A stretch of 64,000 nucleotides of DNA from Smithellaceae bacterium (GTDB lineage Bacteria > Desulfobacterota > Syntrophia > Syntrophales > Smithellaceae): positions 64,001-128,000 of the forward strand of contig CAXXVL010000002.1 in the NCBI GenBank assembly GCA_963667845.2, in the 5' to 3' direction. Below, one piece after another: positions 19,817-28,985 of this stretch (positions are counted from its first letter, which is position 1; the number at the start of each line of letters is the position of its first letter). The notes under the pieces were generated by a model, which was given only the letters and a program-made list of their open reading frames with translations, ran no database searches and was not told the DNA's origin. A program made the position numbers and the translations under genes.

Positions 19817-20611
19817 TCAATACATGATCTGCCCGCCGCAGACATTCATGGCCTGACCTGTGATGCCTCTGGCCTCGTCGGACGCAAGATAAACGGCCAG
19901 GCCAGCGATTTCCTCCGGCTCCAGCAGGCGTTTTTGCACACTCAGCTCGGCGATCACATTCTCCGCCTCCGCTTTGCTGATCTTCCGGGCGCCGGCCACA
20001 AAATCCAGAAGCCCTCCCTCGCCCTCCATCATTTCAGTCCTCACCGCACCCGGGCAGATTGCATTCACCGTGATGCCCGGGACCTCGAGAAAACCCATCT
20101 CCAAAGCCAGCGACCTGGTCAAACCGAGGACGCCGTGCTTGGAAGCAGCGTAAGCGCTGCCGAACATATGCCCGGCCTTGGCGTTGACCGATAAAATATT
20201 GATGATCCGACCCGTTTTTCGGGGGATCATCGTTTTCAGAAAATTCTTGGTCATGAGAAATGTCCCGATCAAATTGATCCGGATGACCCTTTGCCAGGCA
20301 TCGTCATCGGAATCGACAGTCAGGGACCTCGCCTGGACACCGGCATTATTGACCAGGATATCGGGCGGTCCGAACCGTTCAATCGTCCTGGCAACGGCAT
20401 TTTCGATATCACTCTTTTTGGCAAGATCCCCCACGACGGCGAGGACTTCCCCCTTCATCGCTCTGATCTCTTTTTCGACCTGTTCCAATTGGCCGGCGGT
20501 CCTGGCCACCAAAACCAGCTTCGCGCCTTCTTTGGCCATAGCCAGCGCAATAGCGCGCCCGATGCCCCTGCCGCCGCCGGTGACAACGGCGACCTTGTTT
20601 TTGAGTTTCAT
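19817..20611 (-). CDS. Short-chain dehydrogenase/reductase (SDR)
   Basis: TGGGRGIG, NNAG, YAASK, VNAICPG. Confidence 0.93.
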   Translation of the reverse strand: MKLKNKVAVVTGGGRGIGRAIALAMAKEGAKLVLVARTAGQLEQVEKEIRAMKGEVLAVVGDLAKKSDIENAVARTIERFGPPDILVNNAGVQARSLTVDSDDDAWQRVIRINLIGTFLMTKNFLKTMIPRKTGRIINILSVNAKAGHMFGSAYAASKHGVLGLTRSLALEMGFLEVPGITVNAICPGAVRTEMMEGEGGLLDFVAGARKISKAEAENVIAELSVQKRLLEPEEIAGLAVYLASDEARGITGQAMNVCGGQIMY

Positions 20612-20970
20612 GAAAAATATCCTCCCTGTTTATTTTTTATATATTCAACAATATCCATTTTTGAGAGTTTTACGCATGTCCCTGCCCGTCCTATATAACG
20701 GCCGGCTATTCTTTGACAAGATTTTTACTTCCTTTTGAGCCAAGGGAGAAGCTGCCGGTTTTACCCTCTCTTCCCTGGCATACGCCCGGGCAGTTTTCGG
20801 AGTGCCCCCCAAACCCGATCCAAGTTCAGATGGACGCGGGAAGCCATCAGATATTGTTCACGATTCATATAGACCTTCCCCCTCCACAGGAGGCGGAGGC
20901 CGGCCTTGACGTCAGCATGTTGATGATTACCTTACTTCTTCATTGTGTGAACGGAGGTAAAATAACGAAA

Positions 20971-22008
20971 ATGTTAATCATGTCGGACATGATTTATGAA
21001 AATCCAATATATGATACGAAAAACAGCAAAAGCGAGTCCGTGCGGCTTGAACATGCCACACAAGTTCTTAACGACTTTTCCGCCGCTGTAACCGCCGTCG
21101 TCGACGTGGTTACGCCGGCTGTCGTCAGCCTGATCGTGAAGAGCGGCCAGGGCAAGACCCTGCGTCAGGGAGCCGGTTCCGGCGTGATCATCGCGCCCGA
21201 CGGCTATATCCTCACGAACAGCCACGTCGTTCATGATGCCGTGCAGATTGACGCAACGCTGGACGACGGACGAACGCTCAATGCCTGCCTCATCGGCGAA
21301 GACCCGGCGACGGATCTGGCAGTGATCCGGGTCCTTGCGTCGGGGCTGCCATTTTCGGCCCTCGGGGATTCCTCGAAGCTGCAAGTGGGGCAACTGGTCA
21401 TCGCCATCGGCAATCCCATGGGATTCGACTCCACCGTATCGCAGGGAATCATCAGCTCTCTGGGCCGGTCGCTCAGGAGTATCGACGGGCGTCTGATTGA
21501 AAATGTCATTCAGCACACGGCGCCGCTCAATCCCGGCAACTCCGGCGGTCCGCTTGTCGACTCACGCGGGCATGTCCTCGGGATCAACACGGCCATCATC
21601 GCGATGGCGCAGGGCATCGGCTTTGCCATTCCATCGGGCACGGCGGAATTTGTTCTGACCCAGCTCTTAACTTACGGCAAGGTCCGCAGAGGCTATCTGG
21701 GAATCGGCGGAAGACAAAGACCGCTGCACCGGCGGATGGTCAAGTATTTCCATCTGGATGCGACAAGTTCCGTGGAAGTGCTGCAGGTGGAAAAAAGTGG
21801 ACCAGCTCATCAGGCCGGCATCAGAACGGGCGACTTGATTGTTAAAATCGGCGGATCGGCCACAGCGTCAGTAGATGATCTGCACCGCTTCCTCACCGAA
21901 TGGCCCGTTTCGGAGCCGGTCGAGCTGACATTGATTCGACGTCTGGAAATGATCTCAGTGCAAGTCACTCCGATGAACACTGAAGATCAAATCAAGGCGG
22001 CGCATTAA
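20971..22008 (+). CDS. HtrA/DegP-like trypsin serine protease with one PDZ domain
   Basis: TNSHV, TDLAV and GNSGGPL triad, RGYLG PDZ entry. Start chosen after GGAGG; the ORF-track extension to 20713 looks spurious. Confidence 0.88.
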   Translation: MLIMSDMIYENPIYDTKNSKSESVRLEHATQVLNDFSAAVTAVVDVVTPAVVSLIVKSGQGKTLRQGAGSGVIIAPDGYILTNSHVVHDAVQIDATLDDGRTLNACLIGEDPATDLAVIRVLASGLPFSALGDSSKLQVGQLVIAIGNPMGFDSTVSQGIISSLGRSLRSIDGRLIENVIQHTAPLNPGNSGGPLVDSRGHVLGINTAIIAMAQGIGFAIPSGTAEFVLTQLLTYGKVRRGYLGIGGRQRPLHRRMVKYFHLDATSSVEVLQVEKSGPAHQAGIRTGDLIVKIGGSATASVDDLHRFLTEWPVSEPVELTLIRRLEMISVQVTPMNTEDQIKAAH

Positions 22009-22288
22009 ACAAAACTTGACGGATAGAATCTGCGGCGCTCGTCCAAAGACGCTCTGCGTGATGCCCGGGAAGCGCCGCACCTGATGAAACCAGTGCAAAA
22101 CAAGAAGGCCGGAAGGTAACTTCCGGCTTTCTTCTATTTAACTTGCAGCCGTGAGGACATTGTTTTCTCCGATCATTCTAACATCAGAGGGCATCCTCCG
22201 TCGCCGCCGGCTTTCGGCTATTTACATCACCGGGAAACGGGCGTAGCATGATGCTTGAAAGAAGTCTGCGATAGCGGAAAAGAGGATC

Positions 22289-23017
22289 ATGACCAGGCAA
22301 AAGAGAAATGTTCCGGATTTAACTTCCGAGGGATCATCGCTGGGGTATAATCCCTTCGATCGACTGAAAGGGCTGTTAAAGACCGGGGAGATCCCCCGCG
22401 CCGCGTCTGCCCATAAAGCACTGCAAAAGAAGAATGAAGCACCGGCCGATCTGCCGACAGAGGAGCAGCTCTTTTCTGAAGCGATGAAAGGAGTTCGTCC
22501 GATTCCCGGAGATCATGCCGCTCCGGAGAATGCGGCGGTCAAACTTTCGGAGAAGGACGGGGATATTCCGGAGAACGAAGCCTTGTCGCGGCTTGCCAAA
22601 CTGGTCGATCGCGGCGAAGGTTTTGTCGTTTCCGACACGCCGGAGTACATGGAAGGAACAGGATACCATGCCCGCCGGGAGTTTGCGCACAGGCTGCACC
22701 GCGGAGATTTTTCAATTCAGGGTCACATTGACCTTCACGGAATGAATGTGGAGACAGCCAGCGAGGAATTTGAGTCGTTCATGAAATCGTCTTACCTTGC
22801 AGGAAAAGGCGCCGTGCTCATCATTCACGGACGCGGCCTTTCCTCTCCGGGCGAGGCCGTCTTGAAAAACAAAGTCCGCGAATGGCTGAGCCACAGCTAC
22901 TGGCGCAAACGCGTACTGGCCTATGCCAGCGCTCAGTCGCATGACGGCGGTGCGGGGGCGACCTATGTGCTGCTGCGCGACCGTTCGGTCTCCAAAAAAT
23001 CCGGAAAGAAAAAGTGA
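22289..23017 (+). CDS. Smr/MutS2 C-terminal domain protein
   Basis: IDLHG, IIHGRG, GGAGATYVLL. Confidence 0.9.
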   Translation: MTRQKRNVPDLTSEGSSLGYNPFDRLKGLLKTGEIPRAASAHKALQKKNEAPADLPTEEQLFSEAMKGVRPIPGDHAAPENAAVKLSEKDGDIPENEALSRLAKLVDRGEGFVVSDTPEYMEGTGYHARREFAHRLHRGDFSIQGHIDLHGMNVETASEEFESFMKSSYLAGKGAVLIIHGRGLSSPGEAVLKNKVREWLSHSYWRKRVLAYASAQSHDGGAGATYVLLRDRSVSKKSGKKK

Positions 23018-23082
23018 CAAAGACTGAAGCCCCTGCTTGCGTCACGAGCGCGATTCTTTGTGTGACGTGAGGCGTCGTTCCC

Positions 23083-25485
23083 TCACCATTCCTTAACTTT
23101 CAAGGATTTGTAGCATTGATACCCCGAAGCCTTAACGTCCCGGCAAAAATTGCGATACGGATAGGCCAGTTCTTTGTCGCCTGCGCCCAGGGCTGTGAAG
23201 ACCAGGGTGCGGCGGCGTCCCCATGTGGCCTGATTGAACATCATACAAGATCTCGCCAGGTCCTCCTGTCCTTTGGGAGTCGGGTCCGACACCTTTTTAC
23301 CATTAACCTCTTTTTCAACGCCGTGATCCACTCCATACAGACCATAGGCGTGCCCCATCTCATGAAGCACGATCACCGTCTTCATCTTGTCGGCGACAAC
23401 CTGGCGCAGATTGGGGTCCACCAGGAGCGTCCAGGCTTTGCGGGCATCTTCATAGTTGATTTGGGCCGCCGGACCTTCATCTCTCAATTCCTTCCCTTCC
23501 GCTGAATCCGGCTTGAGAATGGCCGTATCGAGCCAGGCAAAATCCTCTTCGATGCGCAGCTTAATTCTGGCCGGAACAATATAGATATTATGATCGTCTG
23601 TCCAGCCGGGGCCCTGGTTTCCCTTACCGGGGCTGCCGTGAACGGAAATGAGGGTTGTTGCGAGAAGCGGATGGGCTTCACGCTCCGGGGCATTGAAATT
23701 CACTTTATCGCCTGATTTTTCATCCGCGCCTGCCTCCACCATCGTGTCGGTGAGGCGATAGGCTTTAAACCCGCCCGTGACTTCCTCCCACTTGGCAACA
23801 GGAGCAATGTTGTCCTTATCGATAATAAACATCTCTTTGGTTTTGGGACCGAGGCGAGTAAACTCCCGCCCGCCCGCGGCATTTTTCACCACAAACCCGC
23901 GATACTCATCATAAAGCGTGATGCCGTCGCCTTTGGCGTTCTGCCCTTCGATGGTTTCATCATCCCAGTCTTTGGGCTTGCCTTTGGTGTCTTCCGGTTT
24001 CCAGGAATCGGCAATGCGGTTGGCGTCGTCATCGACCGGAATATCCAGGTCCGGTGTGTCCTTGCCGCGCATTTTGACTTTGAGATCGCGCCCGGCCTCA
24101 TCGCGCGCCGTGATGCGCAGCGTACCCCACGCGCCGTAGTCGTAGCTGTGAACTTTAAGCATCACTTCCTGCACCGGGATATCGGTTTCCAGATGCGTCC
24201 GGTCTTTATACAAAAGCCCGCCGCTTTTCGGGAAGTCCTTCTCCCGGAAGCGCAGGCCTTCGTCCTCGCCGGCGTTCTTGGGCCAGTTTCCGCAGACGCC
24301 CTTGTTCTTGGAGACATAGGGCAGGGATATGTTCAGGTAGGCCTGGCGCAGGGTTTTTTTGTCGCCCTTTTTATGAACCGTGGCCGTGATCGTCAGCGGA
24401 TTAATTCCCGGTTCTTTGGGGGCATCGATGTTCCCCTGGGGAATCCAGCTTTCATACCGGGCGACTTCCACGGTGACTTCGCTGGGATCGGGCGCCTCCC
24501 GGGTAAGCGACCAGCTGAGCGTGACAATTCCTCTCTTCGGGTGTGCATATTTCCGGGGCGAGTATCGTTCCGGATATTCAAACCAGTCGGTCACGTTCAT
24601 GGAATGCCAGGCCTCGCCCGAGGCCAGGCCGGGTTTGTTCCAATCCACTTTGCCCGCGAGCTTTTTCTTGAAATCGGCGCTGTCTATCGCCGCATGCAGC
24701 AATTCGTCGCATTTCGTTCCGGGATGCCCGATGGACTCCACCTTGGGATGATTCTCCGACGGCTGGTTGGGATGCGAGCATTCATCGCGGGTGAAAGCCT
24801 TGCCTTTCATGACATTTTCGCACCCGCCCATAAAGGGAGACACGATAATGGTTTCTTTATTTTCAAATTGCGCATCCGGCCCTCGGGATACGCGCTTGGC
24901 TGCGGGAGGTGTCTCCCGCGTCCACGTCGCCTCTTCCCGGTTCGTACAGGGACTGCCGCCGTATTTGGGGTTATAAGTTTGCTTGAAGTTCTTCATCCCG
25001 GTACCGCTGTTGGTGAACGAAGAACGGCTGCTGACCCTTTCCAAATACGGATATTCTTTGCCGTCTTTGGTGCCCCAGGTCACCCGGAAACGCGTCTCGC
25101 CTGTATACTCCAGTGAAAGGCCGTCTGTCGCCTCCAGGCTGATATCGGATGTGCCGATGCCGGGAGGCTTCTCGACACCGTTATAGCTTTGACTGGCCTG
25201 TGATTGCGCCTTCATCGTCACGGTAAGGACAAGCTCTTCTTTTTTCGTATCCCGAGCGGCTTCGTCTTCCTGATTTTTGCCCTGCCCGTATGTCTTGGAC
25301 ATGGATTTGCCCCAGTCCGACAGAGCCTTCTGCTCTTCGGGCGTCGGCTGTTTTCCCTGATTCAGCTTGTCCAGGATCTGTTGGATGTTGGAAGGAATTT
25401 GCGGCGAGAGCGCCTGCACGCAAATGGCGGAAGCAAGAATGACCGTAAATAGAAGAAGCAAGGTGACAGCGATTGTCCGTCTCAA
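23083..25485 (-). CDS. Large secreted hypothetical protein with a zinc-metalloprotease motif
   Basis: 800-aa ORF with TTG start, signal peptide, C-terminal VLHEMGHAYGLYGVDH and downstream SCMM. Confidence 0.75.
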   Translation of the reverse strand: MRRTIAVTLLLLFTVILASAICVQALSPQIPSNIQQILDKLNQGKQPTPEEQKALSDWGKSMSKTYGQGKNQEDEAARDTKKEELVLTVTMKAQSQASQSYNGVEKPPGIGTSDISLEATDGLSLEYTGETRFRVTWGTKDGKEYPYLERVSSRSSFTNSGTGMKNFKQTYNPKYGGSPCTNREEATWTRETPPAAKRVSRGPDAQFENKETIIVSPFMGGCENVMKGKAFTRDECSHPNQPSENHPKVESIGHPGTKCDELLHAAIDSADFKKKLAGKVDWNKPGLASGEAWHSMNVTDWFEYPERYSPRKYAHPKRGIVTLSWSLTREAPDPSEVTVEVARYESWIPQGNIDAPKEPGINPLTITATVHKKGDKKTLRQAYLNISLPYVSKNKGVCGNWPKNAGEDEGLRFREKDFPKSGGLLYKDRTHLETDIPVQEVMLKVHSYDYGAWGTLRITARDEAGRDLKVKMRGKDTPDLDIPVDDDANRIADSWKPEDTKGKPKDWDDETIEGQNAKGDGITLYDEYRGFVVKNAAGGREFTRLGPKTKEMFIIDKDNIAPVAKWEEVTGGFKAYRLTDTMVEAGADEKSGDKVNFNAPEREAHPLLATTLISVHGSPGKGNQGPGWTDDHNIYIVPARIKLRIEEDFAWLDTAILKPDSAEGKELRDEGPAAQINYEDARKAWTLLVDPNLRQVVADKMKTVIVLHEMGHAYGLYGVDHGVEKEVNGKKVSDPTPKGQEDLARSCMMFNQATWGRRRTLVFTALGAGDKELAYPYRNFCRDVKASGYQCYKSLKVKEW

Positions 25486-25583
25486 GATTAGATCCTTTCT
25501 CCGCGTATGACCCGCAGAGACGCGCTCACGCAGAGCATCTGCTTTCGATCCGTATTCAATATCTGTCTTGTCAGTCTTGCGGA

Positions 25584-26003
25584 CTAGATGGATTTCTCCC
25601 AGCCCTGCCCGAAATCAGCAAGCGGTCGCACGTTGGCAACACAAAACGTTACGGCCGCGTAAATCATCTTGCCGGCGGCTTCTCCGGCCTTTTCGCTGAT
25701 CATTTTCTTCATCAGATCGACATTGTCTCCCGACGTCTCGCACTTCGTCATCTTCATGTAGATTCTGAGCCCCTTCCATTCAAATATGCTTTTTCCGGGC
25801 TCCATGATCATGTAGCAGGCATTGGGATTTTCCTGGAGATTGGCCAGCGTCTTATTTTTACCCAGGGCGACCATAACTGTCTGGTCGTCAATCATCCGCG
25901 GGGATCCGAAGTAGGCTGAATCCACCTCTCCTGCCTTGTTGCTTGTACTCAGCACACCGAGGCGGGGTTGCTTGTTGAAATATTCCGTTAGACTTTTAGA
26001 CAT
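25584..26003 (-). CDS. Pyridoxamine 5'-phosphate oxidase-like FMN-binding protein
   Basis: GVLSTS..G, KTLANLQENP, VRPL. GGGAGG RBS. Confidence 0.85.
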   Translation of the reverse strand: MSKSLTEYFNKQPRLGVLSTSNKAGEVDSAYFGSPRMIDDQTVMVALGKNKTLANLQENPNACYMIMEPGKSIFEWKGLRIYMKMTKCETSGDNVDLMKKMISEKAGEAAGKMIYAAVTFCVANVRPLADFGQGWEKSI

Positions 26004-26148
26004 ATGAATTCCCTCCCTAAGCGTTATTTTTGAACTTGGATTTGGCCTTCATTCTTGCAGAGTTTAAAGTAATGGCCAAGACGAAAACGGACAGCCCTTC
26101 GGGCCGTCAGCTTTCCGAAGGCGCCCGGCTCTTTCATCTCCAGCGACT

Positions 26149-26769
26149 TTACGCATGCTTCATGATGATCCCTTCCACGACATGGGATACATTTTCACAC
26201 CCATCCACAGCATCTTCCAGCAGCTCAAAGATTTCCTTCCATTTGAGCAATTCAATGGCATCTTTTTCTTTGATAAAAAGATCTTTAATGAGGGTTCTTA
26301 AAATGACGTCGCCGGCATTTTCCAGGGTGTGGATTTCCACGCAGCCGTCCAGAATGATTTGGCTGTTCTTCATATTGCGCAGGCCGCCTACGACATCCCT
26401 GACTTTTTCAACCGCCTGAAAGAGAACTTCCGCCTGTTGGATGATTGCGTCATCCGGCTTTTTAACCCGATACATTTGGAGGCGGACGGCGGTGCTAAAG
26501 ATGGCATCCAGAATGTTGTCCATCTTATTGACCAGCGCGTATATATCTTCCCGGTCGATGGGGGTGAGGATGGTTTTGTGCATTCTTTCGTATGTCTTAT
26601 GCGCAATACCATCCGCCTCATGTTCAATTTCTTTAAGCCTCGAAATTCTGGCCTCCGTATAATTGTGGTTTCGGGTCATTTCCAGGAAGAACAGACCGCC
26701 TTCCACAATCTTGTTTGCCAGCTGATCAAAATAGTCAAAGAAATCTTCTTTCTTTCGAAAAAGGCTCAT
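26149..26769 (-). CDS. DUF47 / PhoU-like phosphate transport regulator
   Basis: EHEAD, TPIDREDI, ENAGD, LEDAVD. ATG 26769 after GGAGG. Confidence 0.88.
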   Translation of the reverse strand: MSLFRKKEDFFDYFDQLANKIVEGGLFFLEMTRNHNYTEARISRLKEIEHEADGIAHKTYERMHKTILTPIDREDIYALVNKMDNILDAIFSTAVRLQMYRVKKPDDAIIQQAEVLFQAVEKVRDVVGGLRNMKNSQIILDGCVEIHTLENAGDVILRTLIKDLFIKEKDAIELLKWKEIFELLEDAVDGCENVSHVVEGIIMKHA

Positions 26770-26956
26770 AAAGTGCCTCCTTTTATTTTTTCCAAAGAGC
26801 GGCCTTCTCCTGGCGATCGGATACTGGAGCGATTCTTCAGATTGATATTCTGAGGTCGCACATAATTTGAAGGCCATTCCAATGCTTCGTTTCAACCCAG
26901 GCCTGCTGCCGATTGGTGACGCAATGATGACAGTATTTTAAAAGAAGTCAATGGGT

Positions 26957-27018
26957 AATCAACGACCTCGCAGGAAGCTGCGGAGAATTAAGGCTCGTCG
27001 GGCTTAAGCGGGATTTAA
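26957..27018 (-). repeat. Dispersed hairpin element, copy 3 (short form, inverted)
   Basis: AATCAACGACCTCGCAGGAAGCTGCGGAGAATTAAGGCTCGTCGGGCTTAAGCGGGATTTAAA. Confidence 0.8.
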
Positions 27019-27181
27019 AAAACAGCAGACAAACCGGCTTGAGATCGCGAAACGACCTCGAGATTTTCGAGTTACTTTTCTTTGCAGAAAATCATTTAAA
27101 TCGTTCTTTTACGTTCGGCAAATAAAAAACCGGAACCGGCGCGGGGCCGATTCCGGTTCGTCTTAGGTCAGGTCACTTTTG

Positions 27182-28648
27182 TTATTCACCCCAACCGTTT
27201 TTGCCTTTGCAGCGATCCAGTTTCTGATCCATCCAGGGAAGAACTTTGGCGGCCGGAATAACGAACGTCGGGCCGTAAGACGATGAAGTCTTGTACCAAT
27301 AATACGGCGCAATATTCATGGACGCTTTCTGGCCCTCCCAGGTCACAAATTCGGAAACGGCCAGATCCTGAACGATCTTGTGATCGCACGCTCTCATTTT
27401 GACCACTTTCCCGTTCACATACTTGTACGTATCGTTTTCCCACACGGAGATAATCTTTTCCGGATCCGTGCTCTGCGCGCGTTCAATGACGCTCATCAGC
27501 CAGTAGGTAACGCTGGTCCATGAGCCGAAATTCCCGAAATAGTGTTCAAACAGTTTGCCGTTGTAAGGCGCCGTTTTCCATGTCGTCTTCCAGAGACCAT
27601 TCCAGGCCTTATAAGCCTTGATATACCCCGGTGATTTGAACTGGGGATTCGCGGTCCAGAAAGAGCTCAGGTTAACCAGGCCCTTCGTTCCTTCCACGCC
27701 GACGTCATTGAGCGTGTTGGGATCATCGATATAGACATTGGCAAAGGGCAGCATGACACCCATCTGGCGTGATTGCTTCAGAAGATTTCCGGCATCGGGA
27801 AGCCAGTCGCCTGTGAAGATAACTTCGGCACCGGAAGCCTTGATCTTCGTCAGGTACGGGGCGTAGTCGGTCAGGAAGAGTTTATGATAATCTTCACCGA
27901 CCAGGGTCGCGTCAGGATAATATTCTTTCAGGCCATTCTTGAAATTTTCGGCAAATTCATGGCCAAAAGCATAATCCTGGTTGAGGATATAAAACTTTTT
28001 CTCTTTCTTTTTGATCTGGCCGTAATAGTAGGCTAAGCCGCGGGCGTTTTGCTCCGTGGAAAAAGCGGTATGGAAAGCGTAGCGGGAGAAATTGCCGGCA
28101 TTCTGCAGGTCGTCGGACATACAGGTTGCATTAATGGCAATCACTTTGTATTTGTTAGCCGCTTCATTGATGATCCGCATCAGATGGCTTCCGTCCGTTC
28201 CCCAGAGAACATGGACTTTTTCCTGCAGGATCATGCGCTCGACCACTTTTTTACATTGATCGGCCTTACCCATATGATCAGCCTTGACGACCTCAATGAG
28301 TTTCTTCTTACCGTCTACCATGATACCGCCCCGCTTATTCAGATCGTAGGCCACCCAGTTGACAACGAGCCAGTAGATCTGGCCGTTGATCGCCGAAGGG
28401 CCGGAAAATGACGCAACGAGAGCAATCTTAATAGTGTCGCCGGTGGGTTGAGTGATATTGGCCGGATCAAAACCGGACATGTCACCCATTTTCTCCGCGT
28501 TGAAAGCCGCCTTGGCCTCCGCCGCCTTCTCCGTCTTGGCGGGTTTCGCCGCCTTAGCTGCCGCGGCGGTGGATGGTCCATAGGCCACCAGAGATAAAAC
28601 GGCGATCGTCAACAACAAAACTGAAAAACGCTGAAACAAACTTCTCAT
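27182..28648 (-). CDS. ABC transporter substrate-binding protein (branched-chain / LivK-like)
   Basis: Signal peptide, SFSGP, N-x-x-GGI, QDYAFG, DYAPYLTKIK. No permease genes adjacent. Confidence 0.88.
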   Translation of the reverse strand: MRSLFQRFSVLLLTIAVLSLVAYGPSTAAAAKAAKPAKTEKAAEAKAAFNAEKMGDMSGFDPANITQPTGDTIKIALVASFSGPSAINGQIYWLVVNWVAYDLNKRGGIMVDGKKKLIEVVKADHMGKADQCKKVVERMILQEKVHVLWGTDGSHLMRIINEAANKYKVIAINATCMSDDLQNAGNFSRYAFHTAFSTEQNARGLAYYYGQIKKKEKKFYILNQDYAFGHEFAENFKNGLKEYYPDATLVGEDYHKLFLTDYAPYLTKIKASGAEVIFTGDWLPDAGNLLKQSRQMGVMLPFANVYIDDPNTLNDVGVEGTKGLVNLSSFWTANPQFKSPGYIKAYKAWNGLWKTTWKTAPYNGKLFEHYFGNFGSWTSVTYWLMSVIERAQSTDPEKIISVWENDTYKYVNGKVVKMRACDHKIVQDLAVSEFVTWEGQKASMNIAPYYWYKTSSSYGPTFVIPAAKVLPWMDQKLDRCKGKNGWGE

Positions 28649-28985
28649 GATCAAAACATCCTCCTTTTTCATTTTATCATCAAGGTTTGAAACCTGATTT
28701 CAATGCTTGCGGATGGAACATTGCGGCACGGATTACTCTTATACCAATATTCACATAAAGTCAATGAACCGTCTGTCTATAAATACATAATAATAACAAT
28801 TGATTAAATATGTAATATTTTTTATTTGAACAACGATCGCTGGTTGTATGCTGCACGGTTCTGATCCCGAAAATCGGCCCTTCCGCCCCGGGGCCTCAAG
28901 AATAAAAAGGGGACGGCCTGTATCCGTTCACTCATCCGCTTGAATTTCGGGAGACCATCGGGGTCATTCGGAATACCCGCGGGCC

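Noticed and set aside
20713..20970. N-terminal extension of the HtrA ORF
   Set aside because: Low-complexity, lies in the divergent promoter region, has no RBS, and a better GGAGG-ATG start exists downstream.
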